In this document: one piece after another, positions 1 through 8,552 of the stretch
How positions within the stretch are numbered: position 1 is the first letter of the stretch
Layout: each line of letters opens with the position of its first letter
Virus record (IMG/VR): IMGVR_UViG_3300017991_000002
Span: 62,001-126,000 of that record
Reading direction: 5' to 3' (one strand)
DNA: 64,000 nucleotides
The notes under the pieces: generated by a model
Told to the model about the DNA's origin: nothing
Databases searched by the model: none
What the model saw: only the letters and a program-made list of their open reading frames with translations
Program-made: the position numbers and the translations under genes

Positions 1-141
1 CGTGTCAGGATCCGCACCGACGGGTGCGTTGACCCGGAAACGATCCTTGCGATCTGCCCTGAGGACGAGCAATTCAAGAAATGGGTAAACAAGAATCGTC
101 CGGAGGAAGGTATGTTCTTTAGTACCCACCTATGTGGTTAA
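1..141 (+). CDS. 3' end of hypothetical protein (partial)
   Basis: Frame 1 is open from the window edge to TAA at 139-141, followed by a hairpin. Confidence 0.55.
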   Translation, partial: RVRIRTDGCVDPETILAICPEDEQFKKWVNKNRPEEGMFFSTHLCG

Positions 142-151
142 CAGTACTATC

Positions 152-172
152 AGGCCCACTGTCTGTGGGCCT
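152..172 (+). terminator. Hairpin, probable terminator
   Basis: AGGCCCAC-TGTCT-GTGGGCCT, with a T-rich tract slightly downstream. Confidence 0.5.
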
Positions 173-232
173 CGCAATAATCATTTATTTTTCTTTATTT
201 GAATCACTGTTCTCTACGGAAGGAGGTACTCC

Positions 233-841
233 ATGGCCTTCAAGTTCGACATTATCTTGAAGCCAAAGAAGAGAGGTAACTGGCGTCCTGAAGTTATTAT
301 TACTCTGGAAATCCTGGCTCCGGCATTTCCACACAGGCCTTACGTACCACGATTACACATAGTCTCAATAAATATGAAGGACTTTATTGAGAAAGGGATA
401 AGGCCTGAAGAGGCAGAATGGTTTTGGCCTGTTACACACGAAAAGCCCTTCAAAATAATTTCACGAGATAAGTGGTTCCTTGATCTCAGCGACCTTGCAA
501 GGGATTCTTCTGATAATCTGAAGGAGGATTGCACCCATGCTTTTCATGATAGTCCAAAGAGGGGCGTGGAGGCTGCTTATCCCTTAACGGGAGGAGACAT
601 AGGTCCCGGTGGATTTCTTGAGGTAAACTATAGACACGATCTACATTTATTTCTGCCGTGGAGGCCGGGAATCAGGCCGGACTATTCAGACTATATGGCC
701 AGGTTTGAAAATGCAGGTCGCTGGTTTGCTGAAAGATTAAAGGACGGCGAAGATAGCGGACAAAACGATGAGATGATTATCTCTGTAACCTCTGCGAGAA
801 AAAAGTCGAGGGAGCAGGGTGTCAGGAAATTACGCTTTTGA
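233..841 (+). CDS. Hypothetical protein with C-terminal RKLRF tag
   Basis: AGGAGGT RBS; 202 aa; ends GVRKLRF*. Confidence 0.8.
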   Translation: MAFKFDIILKPKKRGNWRPEVIITLEILAPAFPHRPYVPRLHIVSINMKDFIEKGIRPEEAEWFWPVTHEKPFKIISRDKWFLDLSDLARDSSDNLKEDCTHAFHDSPKRGVEAAYPLTGGDIGPGGFLEVNYRHDLHLFLPWRPGIRPDYSDYMARFENAGRWFAERLKDGEDSGQNDEMIISVTSARKKSREQGVRKLRF

Positions 842-854
842 ATCTTTGATTACA

Positions 855-1336
855 GGGGGTGAAAATTGCGGCATAAGGATACTATAGCCGAAGCTGGCTC
901 GCCCGCGACCGATCCCTTTCAGAAGAAAGGGCAAATCGGGGAGTTGCACCATAAGGTGCGCCTGCGGAGGAGGAACCGAGAGGATTCTACGGTGGGGCAA
1001 GCGCCGGCCATGCCTGACCAGAGGTCCTATCGCACATTCTTGGGGATGCCTCGGGTGACTCGACAGAAAATAGAATCGAGGCCCAACTTATAAGAGGATT
1101 ATAATAGGATGAACGAAAAAGGAGACCGTGTTCAGTGTGCGAGCTTTATTATCATACTTGGGGATTCCATAGGCTAAGAAGCAGGGATTGATCCTACTCT
1201 TAGAGGATTCCGTTTCAATCTCGGTGGAGCTCAGGGTGGCCACCTTTAAAAACCCCTTGAGGTGGCGGGTGTGGTGAGGAAAGGACTAACCCATAACGGA
1301 GTGTGCAGATGCTGCTCTTACAAAAGGGGTTTTTTA
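855..1336 (+). ncRNA. Candidate large structured ncRNA (unclassified; ends and strand approximate)
   Basis: Intergenic, with many nested and long-range complementary segments (see findings). Confidence 0.55.
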
Positions 1337-1404
1337 TTTCCGCACAAATATAGTGGTCATTATGGCCACTTGAAATATACCCAACCTTTTCAGAAAGGAT
1401 TCAA

Positions 1405-1569
1405 GTGAGAAAGAATCAACGCTGTCCGGGGTGTGGTCGTCGGTACAAAAAATCCCACGACGATCGAGAAAAGAAGTATACGAAGGAATGCTTGTCTTAC
1501 AAGGAATACAAGGCAGCAGCTGCAAAAATTCGAGAAGCAAGAAATATAACCACCAAATCATCTTCGTAG
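1405..1569 (+). CDS. 54-aa basic protein with CxxC (weakly SEC-C-like)
   Basis: GAAAGGA RBS, GTG start, RKNQRCPGCGRRYKKSH; stop overlaps the RBS of the protease gene. Confidence 0.55.
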   Translation: MRKNQRCPGCGRRYKKSHDDREKKYTKECLSYKEYKAAAAKIREARNITTKSSS

Positions 1570-1579
1570 GAGGTGTCAC

Positions 1580-4027
1580 TTGAAGAAGAAGTTCAAAGAA
1601 GTACCCGTCGAATTACTCAGAAAAGTTTGTCCGACCGATATCATGAAATTCAAGACCACCGATGATATCGAACCGTCGTCCAATATCCTTGGCCAAAAAC
1701 GTGCCGTCGATGCTTTAAATATGGGCATTGAGATGAAAGGGAAGGGATTCAATATATTTATCACCGGCGCGCCAGGGACCGGAAGAAGGGAGATGGTTAA
1801 ATCATTTCTCGGGGGCTTGGAGGAGCAGAAGAAGGAGTTTCACGATATATGCTACGTGAACAACTTCCAGAATGAAGACATGCCTACCTTGCTTGCCCTG
1901 CCTAAGGGGCATGGTGTTGAATTGAAGATGGATATGGAGAACCTGACGGAAACAGTTATCCGGAGCACTCCCTCGATTCTTGAAAGTGATGAATACAGGG
2001 AAGCAAGGAAGAAGCTAACGGACGAGTACCAGGAAAAGGAGCAGGAGGTCTTCAAGGAGTTTGAGGAGGTATTAAGCGAGCATGGATTTGGCCTGATTCA
2101 AATTGCCAATCATGACGTGTCAAATGTGCGTCCAGAAATTGCTCCACTTATCCAAGACCGTCCCGTTCCATTGAGAATGCTTGAAGATCAGAAGAAGGAT
2201 GGGATAATCACCAAGGAGAAATTTGATAAGATCAAGAAGACTTATGATGAGCTGAAAATAGAGATGGAAAAGGCGTTCCGTAAATCCCGGGATATTGGTC
2301 GAGAGTTGAAGAAGAAGCTGTCCAATCTGAATGATGACCATATCGGCCCCATGATTGAGGATCAGGTCACTGATCTGTGCTCTAAGTATAAAAGCGAGAA
2401 AGTGGCCGATTATTTACAAGCTGCCAAGAACCATATGGTCTCCAATATCGACCGATTGCAGCCAAAAAACACCGGGGAGCCCCCAAAGAATGAAGCGGAG
2501 GCACAAGGCAGGATGATGGACATGATATTCGGCAGCCAGCGTGATCCGTTGCTGCCTTATAAAGTAAATGTTATCGTGGACAACTCTGATCGCTTGGATG
2601 ACCCTATCGTCTTCGAAAATTTCCCTTCCTATAAAAATCTGTTTGGCTGTATCGAACGGGTCATTGATGCTCGAGGTGGGGCGGTCATTGACTTCATGAA
2701 AATCAAGGCTGGGTCCCTTCTTCGTGCAGACGGCGGTTATCTTATCGTTGATGCCCTGGATATGCTAATGGAATACGGTGTCTGGCAGACCTTAAAGCGA
2801 ATCATGAAGTCCGGAGAGATTGAAATACAGAACTTTGACCCATGGTCTTTTGGTGGGACCCTCCTGAAACCCGAACCGGTCAAGGTCAATGTTAAGATCA
2901 TCCTCATCGGGAGCAGTCACATATATCATCTCCTACACCACTTTGATGAAGACTTCCATAAGATTTTCAAGATTCGGGCTGATTTTGATTCTTCCGTCCA
3001 GCTGGAGAATGAAAGTATTGTCAAGTATGCTGAGCACATCAAGAAAGTCACTGCTGAGGAAGGGTTGCTTCCTTTCTCCAAAAGCGGAGTTGCTGCTATT
3101 GTCGAACAAGGGCTCCGAGAGGTGGGACATCGAAGGAAACTGAGCACCCGGTTCAGTGTGATCGATAACATCGTCCAAGAATCAAGCTACTGGGCGCAGA
3201 AGGATGGCAAAAAGACGGTGGACCATAAGTCGGTCGAGAAGGCACTTCAGGAGAAACGGATCCGGCTGAATATGGTAGAGGAGAAGATCCAGGAGATGAT
3301 TGAGGAAGGAGTACTCCTGATCGATACCGAGGAGCCCAAGATAGGGCAGGTTAACGGTCTTGCCGTATACCAGCTTGGTGACTACATGTTTGGGAAACCT
3401 TCCAGAATCACCGCTCAGTCGTCATTAGGGCGTGCTGGGATATTGAATATAGAAAGAGAGGCCGAGATGTCAGGAAAGATTCACAATAAAGGAGTCTTAA
3501 TCCTGTCCGGTTATTTGAAGGGGAAATATGCTCAAGAATTCCCCTTGAGTATGGAGGCCTCCATTGCCTTTGAACAGTCCTATGCTGGGGTGGAGGGTGA
3601 TAGTGCTTCGAGCACTGAGGCATTTGCCCTTCTTTCTTCCCTGTCGGGACTGCCTTTAAGGCAGGGAATCGCCGTCACCGGTTCGATGGATCAGCTCGGT
3701 CAGATCCAACCGATTGGCGGGGTGAATGACAAGATAGAGGGATTCTTTGATGTCTGCAAGGCACGGGGCCTTACTGGTGAGCATGGAGTTATTATTCCTC
3801 ATCAGAATGTTGAGGATCTTATGCTTCGTAAGGACGTCGTCCAAGCGGTTAAATCCAAGAAATTTCATATTTACCCCATTAAGACAGTGGATGAGGGAAT
3901 GGAAATTTTGACCGGTAAGACAATCCATCAGGTGAATAAGCTTGTCAAGGAACATCTTAAAAGGATGAATGACTTGATGATGGAGACGGGGAACGGGAAC
4001 GGCAATAACAAGAAGGGCAAGAAGTAA
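1580..4027 (+). CDS. lonC: LonC-type Lon-like serine protease (S16) with degenerate AAA+ module
   Basis: GDSASS catalytic Ser, IGGVNDKIEGFF Lys, YVNNF and GSLLRADGGYL motifs, coiled-coil insert; Walker A GTGRRE. Confidence 0.9.
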   Translation: MKKKFKEVPVELLRKVCPTDIMKFKTTDDIEPSSNILGQKRAVDALNMGIEMKGKGFNIFITGAPGTGRREMVKSFLGGLEEQKKEFHDICYVNNFQNEDMPTLLALPKGHGVELKMDMENLTETVIRSTPSILESDEYREARKKLTDEYQEKEQEVFKEFEEVLSEHGFGLIQIANHDVSNVRPEIAPLIQDRPVPLRMLEDQKKDGIITKEKFDKIKKTYDELKIEMEKAFRKSRDIGRELKKKLSNLNDDHIGPMIEDQVTDLCSKYKSEKVADYLQAAKNHMVSNIDRLQPKNTGEPPKNEAEAQGRMMDMIFGSQRDPLLPYKVNVIVDNSDRLDDPIVFENFPSYKNLFGCIERVIDARGGAVIDFMKIKAGSLLRADGGYLIVDALDMLMEYGVWQTLKRIMKSGEIEIQNFDPWSFGGTLLKPEPVKVNVKIILIGSSHIYHLLHHFDEDFHKIFKIRADFDSSVQLENESIVKYAEHIKKVTAEEGLLPFSKSGVAAIVEQGLREVGHRRKLSTRFSVIDNIVQESSYWAQKDGKKTVDHKSVEKALQEKRIRLNMVEEKIQEMIEEGVLLIDTEEPKIGQVNGLAVYQLGDYMFGKPSRITAQSSLGRAGILNIEREAEMSGKIHNKGVLILSGYLKGKYAQEFPLSMEASIAFEQSYAGVEGDSASSTEAFALLSSLSGLPLRQGIAVTGSMDQLGQIQPIGGVNDKIEGFFDVCKARGLTGEHGVIIPHQNVEDLMLRKDVVQAVKSKKFHIYPIKTVDEGMEILTGKTIHQVNKLVKEHLKRMNDLMMETGNGNGNNKKGKK

Positions 4028-4040
4028 CCGGACACTACCA

Positions 4041-4075
4041 GGACATTATCCGGACATTTTGTCCGGTTAGTGTCC
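4041..4075 (+). terminator. Long hairpin after lonC
   Basis: GGACATTA-T-CCGGACA-TTT-TGTCCGG-T-TAGTGTCC. Confidence 0.5.
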
Positions 4076-4095
4076 TATTTAGGGGGACTATAATC

Positions 4096-4257
4096 ATGGG
4101 TATTTTAGTGTCACTTGTTCTTTTTGTTTTTATTTGGTGGATCCTCTGTAAGGTATTTACACCGGGATTCTTTACTTCCTTTATCAGGAGGAGAGCGCCT
4201 GATATCCCGGAAGCAGAGCGTAAACGCAAGCTAAAGATTCGGGAGGACAAGCAATGA
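4096..4257 (+). CDS. 53-aa single-TM protein with RKLKI tag
   Basis: MGILVSLVLFVFIWWILCK...ERKRKLKIREDKQ*; ATGA-coupled to the next gene; below the ORF-track cutoff. Confidence 0.75.
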   Translation: MGILVSLVLFVFIWWILCKVFTPGFFTSFIRRRAPDIPEAERKRKLKIREDKQ

Positions 4258-4643
4258 TCTGGTCAATCATATTGGGCACCTTCTTTGGGATATTTTTTGG
4301 TATATTCTACTTTCTCAACCCTCTTCCCGGGGAGAGTGATGTTCGGGATGGCCGCTATCGGGACATAGATAGTGTGGCAAAGATTCTCGGTACCTTGTTC
4401 TGGGAAGTTGGTGAGGATAATGAGATGAGGGCATACGTGCAGGTACATGAGGAAGCCGCTAGGATCGTAGAAGGCTGGAATGAACGTATTCTGTCCATGC
4501 GAGAGACCGAGTCCCGCCAGCCTTCTAGTGACCAAGAGAATGGCCTGAGGGAGGTACATATTGACATGGAGGAGGAAGAGGTGGAAACTAAACCTCTTAT
4601 AAGGAAGAGAAAACTCAGGATTGAGGGGAGGGGGAAATCATGA
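4254..4643 (+). CDS. N-terminal TM protein with RKLRI tag
   Basis: Hydrophobic N-terminus; ends RKRKLRIEGRGKS*. Confidence 0.8.
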   Translation: MIWSIILGTFFGIFFGIFYFLNPLPGESDVRDGRYRDIDSVAKILGTLFWEVGEDNEMRAYVQVHEEAARIVEGWNERILSMRETESRQPSSDQENGLREVHIDMEEEEVETKPLIRKRKLRIEGRGKS

Positions 4644-4999
4644 GGACTGTTTTATGGTTATTATTCTTTGGGGCTTCGTTTTATCTCTCCCTTCTTAGCG
4701 TGGTCACTAGAGATACTGCTAAGGGAAGGGGATTGGAGGGTGAGGATTATCATGTATTTATGGACATGAGGATTAAAAGGTCCCCAATTATCTGGTTCCT
4801 TCTCGCTGCGTCCGCTATTCCCTTAATATTCTTGCTGATATACGGTGTTTTTACTTTCCAGTGGCAGGCATTTGTACTGATCCTTATGGCCTCGTTGAGC
4901 CACAACCTAAGGAAGAGGGTTAACATATCCTACTGTATCGATCAGCTGATTAACTGTGTATGCTTAGGAGTTCTGTGGACATGGGTAATGAAGATATAA
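4640..4999 (+). CDS. Multi-pass membrane protein
   Basis: 3-4 hydrophobic segments; ATGA overlap. Confidence 0.75.
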   Translation: MRTVLWLLFFGASFYLSLLSVVTRDTAKGRGLEGEDYHVFMDMRIKRSPIIWFLLAASAIPLIFLLIYGVFTFQWQAFVLILMASLSHNLRKRVNISYCIDQLINCVCLGVLWTWVMKI

Positions 5000-5220
5000 A
5001 GCAGGTGAAGGGATATCACCTTTTATCAAGATCCGCGGTGATCCCCCTGGTTAATAGGGTTACCGGTGAGGAATATGTGATAAATAATGATCACATGTTC
5101 GGAATTTTACGACAGTTCGAGTTCCTGGTTCATGATGGAGAACTTATTCCTTTTAGCGAAGGTGTTTTGGAGACTCCCCAGCCTTTAAAATCAAAAAGAA
5201 AACTCAGAATTAATCCGTAG
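4981..5220 (+). CDS. Hypothetical protein with RKLRI tag
   Basis: AGGAG upstream of ATG 4981; ends SKRKLRINP*. Confidence 0.7.
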   Translation: MGNEDIKQVKGYHLLSRSAVIPLVNRVTGEEYVINNDHMFGILRQFEFLVHDGELIPFSEGVLETPQPLKSKRKLRINP

Positions 5221-5308
5221 CAGCTACCTGCCTTGCAAACGTGCACTTGCTGTTGCTTGGCAAATCTTGGTAGGTAAGGGAGGTGAGAAGTAGCCAGAAA
5301 GGAGTTGC

Positions 5309-5581
5309 ATGGATTTAAAAGAGTTTCAAGACCGTCTCGCTGAGGCCGGTTTGACTATCCAAGACTTAGAGAGTTTTTGCTTGGTAATGTATAGCCCTTT
5401 TGGCAAGAAGAGCAAAAACCCTATACCAACCTTAAGGGCTATTTTCAAGTTCCTGAACATTAGTATTCAAGTTCACTTTAAACGCTATGATGAAGAAATG
5501 GAGCCGGGACTGAACGTCCGAATGAAAAACTATGGTGATAATCTTCATGTATGGCTTAACTTTAAGGAGGAAGATAATTGA
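5309..5581 (+). CDS. Hypothetical protein
   Basis: AAGGAG RBS, 90 aa. Confidence 0.75.
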   Translation: MDLKEFQDRLAEAGLTIQDLESFCLVMYSPFGKKSKNPIPTLRAIFKFLNISIQVHFKRYDEEMEPGLNVRMKNYGDNLHVWLNFKEEDN

Positions 5582-5946
5582 GCAGAGAAGATGATTTGGC
5601 CGGAGTCTTAAAAGATATCCTTGATGCATTTTGGGATATGTCTCCCTTAGAGTATGTTCAATCAAGGGGGCACCCATGTATGAGCGATAAGATAGGAGAA
5701 GAAGTATTGAACCGCGCTCGAGAGCTCGTTAAAGGGAGCAAAACCACAGACGCAGTCAAGATTCTCCATAATCGTTACATTGGAGATGACGAAGAGCGAA
5801 AGAAGTCCCTGGAAAAGGAGCGGGTGATTAATAAGATTGCGGTTGAACTTGATCACATCCGCATGGATGGAATGTGTATTCCAAGAGATGCTAAGTCAAG
5901 AAGAAGAGAGGAGGATTTATGTTTGTTGTTGGTATCTTATTCTTAG
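5578..5946 (+). CDS. Hypothetical protein
   Basis: AGGAGG RBS, TTGA overlap. Confidence 0.7.
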   Translation: MSREDDLAGVLKDILDAFWDMSPLEYVQSRGHPCMSDKIGEEVLNRARELVKGSKTTDAVKILHNRYIGDDEERKKSLEKERVINKIAVELDHIRMDGMCIPRDAKSRRREEDLCLLLVSYS

Positions 5947-6242
5947 TTGGAGGATCCCTTGGAGCCGTTATTAACTTTAGCCATAAAGCATCACGGCAGT
6001 GGGTGGCGTGGGGAATACTATTCTCCATTTTTGCCTTGTTGGGAGCTTGGATGATGTTCTTGGACTGCTTGGCCCAACCTATCAATGTTATCTCCAAAAT
6101 GGTGGTTACAGATACACTGCCTCCTCCCCTGGAGGTGACATTTGATAGGCCGGTTACCGTTATTGTATCAAGAAGTATTTACCCCTGGTGGAAAGTAACC
6201 GATGACCCAATTTACTCCTATCATGTTGTCCTGAGGAGGTGA
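5919..6242 (+). CDS. Two-TM membrane protein
   Basis: GGAGG RBS; two hydrophobic helices. Confidence 0.75.
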   Translation: MFVVGILFLVGGSLGAVINFSHKASRQWVAWGILFSIFALLGAWMMFLDCLAQPINVISKMVVTDTLPPPLEVTFDRPVTVIVSRSIYPWWKVTDDPIYSYHVVLRR

Positions 6243-6246
6243 TCTT

Positions 6247-6594
6247 GTGAAGAGCAAGGAGATCAGGTCTATTTTTGATGAGGTGAGTAAAGATATATCA
6301 GTGATAGAGGACATAAGGAACGATACAAAAAGATTATTGACAAGCCTCGGTTTTTCAGTCCACAAGGACATCTGCATAATTGCCTCCCGTAACGGGGGTA
6401 TACAGATTGACTTCAGACTTGGCACCATGTCCTGTAACGGTAAGTTTGTAAAGACCCATGAGGATGTTGAGGAAGCTGTTGATATGCTCATAGAGGCTCT
6501 GGCGGAGAGAAGGAAGATCGTTGCCCACTCCAGAGAGAACCATGGGGTAATGAGATCGTTCTTGACGGTTTTTAATAATAGACGTATGAGTTAA
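6247..6594 (+). CDS. Hypothetical protein
   Basis: GGAGGT RBS, GTG start. Confidence 0.75.
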   Translation: MKSKEIRSIFDEVSKDISVIEDIRNDTKRLLTSLGFSVHKDICIIASRNGGIQIDFRLGTMSCNGKFVKTHEDVEEAVDMLIEALAERRKIVAHSRENHGVMRSFLTVFNNRRMS

Positions 6595-6671
6595 TAGCCC
6601 TTTTGAGAGTTTCGGCTATACAGAAACTCCAAGCAGGAAAAGCCTGCCGAGCAAAAACTTCAAAAAAGTTT

Positions 6672-6732
6672 TTGCTTTCCCGGTTGGGCTTTTCCTCTAT
6701 AATAATGAATTACCCCCCAAAAAAGGTAATTC
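6672..6732 (+). promoter_or_regulatory. Promoter-like element plus ATTACC/GGTAAT inverted repeat (copy 1)
   Basis: TTGCTT-N20-TATAAT then GAATTACC-N10-GGTAATTC; related copy at 32649-32710. Confidence 0.55.
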
Positions 6733-6742
6733 TGGAGTATAG

Positions 6743-6777
6743 AAGCCCATCCGGACACGTTCCGGGTGGGCTTTTTT
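6743..6777 (+). terminator. Intrinsic terminator
   Basis: AAGCCCATCCGGA-CACGT-TCCGGGTGGGCTT + T run. Confidence 0.8.
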
Positions 6778-6801
6778 GTTTATTTTTCCAGGGAGAGAAA
6801 A

Positions 6802-7329
6802 ATGGAATATTTAATAGATACGTTTTCTTTTGGGACCTTTGTAAACAGTCGTGGAGAAATGAGAGACGTGATGAGTTATATAACCGCGAGCAATTCGATC
6901 CCTAGAGATCAAGGTCTAGAGTTTCATAATCTAGATCATAATGGAGTAGTATGGTCTTTGGCAGGGCAACGAGGACCGATATTCTACTTCCAGGAATGGG
7001 ACGGTCTTAACAGTATATTTGTTACCACTGAAGGTCGTTCATTTCACGCTGATCCGTCGAGGCTGGGATGGGATATAGCCTGTGTAATTAAAGGACTACT
7101 GGCGGAAAATAGGAGGACACTTTTGGTCTTGACTCCTGTCAATAACAATGAGTATCCGGTAGGGTTTGCCATATGCAGAGTTTATGTGGTTCGTGCAAAT
7201 TTGATATGGGCTGTCCTAAATAAAAACAGGACTACTGCTGTTCCTATTGGTGAATGGATAGCCGAAACCGATACTGATGTCGGAAAGAGCCCCCCCTTGA
7301 AGGGTCGCAGAAGGTTGAGGATTGTATGA
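6802..7329 (+). CDS. Hypothetical protein with RRLRI tag
   Basis: GGGAG RBS; ends GRRRLRIV*. Confidence 0.8.
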   Translation: MEYLIDTFSFGTFVNSRGEMRDVMSYITASNSIPRDQGLEFHNLDHNGVVWSLAGQRGPIFYFQEWDGLNSIFVTTEGRSFHADPSRLGWDIACVIKGLLAENRRTLLVLTPVNNNEYPVGFAICRVYVVRANLIWAVLNKNRTTAVPIGEWIAETDTDVGKSPPLKGRRRLRIV

Positions 7330-7595
7330 GATTATATATGAGCAAAGAAGGGGTAACGGAAGCCATAAGAGTAATGGGAGAATTAATTGATCTTCTCGAT
7401 GCCCCCGGTATCATGGCCGATTTCCAATCGCGACAAATGGTCAGGGCAATACGAGGACATTTCAGAACTATTGCCGGACATTTTAATAAACACGGACAGA
7501 TAACATTTATTGATTTGGAGATGAAGCTTAAGACACCGGAAGACTTACAACAATATAGGAGAAGATTGAGACTGGAGGATGACAATGGCATATAA
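7326..7595 (+). CDS. Hypothetical protein with RRLRL tag
   Basis: ATGA overlap; ends RRRLRLEDDNGI*. Confidence 0.75.
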   Translation: MRLYMSKEGVTEAIRVMGELIDLLDAPGIMADFQSRQMVRAIRGHFRTIAGHFNKHGQITFIDLEMKLKTPEDLQQYRRRLRLEDDNGI

Positions 7596-8094
7596 ATTAT
7601 ACCTACCTCATCCGGTATCGTTTAGGACATCGCTCACTAATTCTTCTTACCTCAGTAGAAAATTCCGCGGTTTGTTGAGGAATATTATTGGTACCATAGA
7701 GCTGGATAGGGGACGTCTTGTTGATACAGGTGGGGGAACAGTAGCATTTCTAAGGTCGGTCAATCCAGATACACATTACACAATTCATCTTAGTGGATGG
7801 CATCCTATCCCTGAAACCGTAATCAGAAACTTTGGAGTTATCTTTTCCTCCTTGATAGAAATAGACTCAGTTGTCCTTTTTACAGCCTGTAACTTTCCAC
7901 AAGGATCCGAGAAAATCGGCTACAGGGTTATGAGGGGAGATATTCGGCGTCTATATTTTCCGGCCTGTATAAAACTGGAAAACGGGGTCTATGTTCGGAT
8001 TGACTCCGACTTTGCCGTAAAACACCTCGGCCGGGATGAAGGGAAGAGGAGAGGTAAAGTAACGACAAGAAGATTGAGAGTAGGAGGTCGGTAA
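7585..8094 (+). CDS. Hypothetical protein (paralog of 8094-8552) with RRLRV tag
   Basis: Shares EKIGY...FPACI.L.NG with the next gene. Confidence 0.8.
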   Translation: MAYKLYLPHPVSFRTSLTNSSYLSRKFRGLLRNIIGTIELDRGRLVDTGGGTVAFLRSVNPDTHYTIHLSGWHPIPETVIRNFGVIFSSLIEIDSVVLFTACNFPQGSEKIGYRVMRGDIRRLYFPACIKLENGVYVRIDSDFAVKHLGRDEGKRRGKVTTRRLRVGGR

Positions 8095-8552
8095 TGGAGC
8101 ATGAGAAGGAATTCTTACCCCATAATATACAGATCAAGACATCTATTAACAGCACTCCCTATTTTAGAAGGAGGCTCCGTGACTTGTTGTTCCGTCTTCC
8201 TGGAGACGATTCATACTCAACAGACAAACCACTGGGAGAAATAGCAAACGTGCATTTTCATCCCCCAACAGCCATTATTTATTGGTATTCCTCAATACCT
8301 CGTTCATTATTCAAAGGGTTTGCTCTCGTTTTCTGTGAGATTATAAAGAAGGGGGAGTTGGCTTACTTTGTCTCGCACGACTTTGAGAAGATCGGATATG
8401 CCATTTGGCGAGGGGGAATCCACGAAGTAATTTTTCCGGCATGTATCAGACTTGCAAATGGGACTATTATGCCTGCCTCAGAATTTGACTTTATAAGGAA
8501 CGCTAAGATAGAAAAGGTACCTTCAGTAAGAAGGTTAAGGATTCCAAAATGA
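8094..8552 (+). CDS. Hypothetical protein (paralog of 7585-8094) with RRLRI tag
   Basis: TAATG overlap; ends SVRRLRIPK*. Confidence 0.8.
   Translation: MEHEKEFLPHNIQIKTSINSTPYFRRRLRDLLFRLPGDDSYSTDKPLGEIANVHFHPPTAIIYWYSSIPRSLFKGFALVFCEIIKKGELAYFVSHDFEKIGYAIWRGGIHEVIFPACIRLANGTIMPASEFDFIRNAKIEKVPSVRRLRIPK

Noticed and set aside
855-875. GGGGGTGAAA resembling a tmRNA 5' end; AAATTGCGG resembling group I intron element P
   Set aside because: No T arm or CCA 3' end, and no R/S core elements found.
866-1093. 75-aa ORF from the track
   Set aside because: TTG start, no recognisable protein features, and it lies within the heavily base-paired region; an RNA role is preferred, though coding is not excluded.
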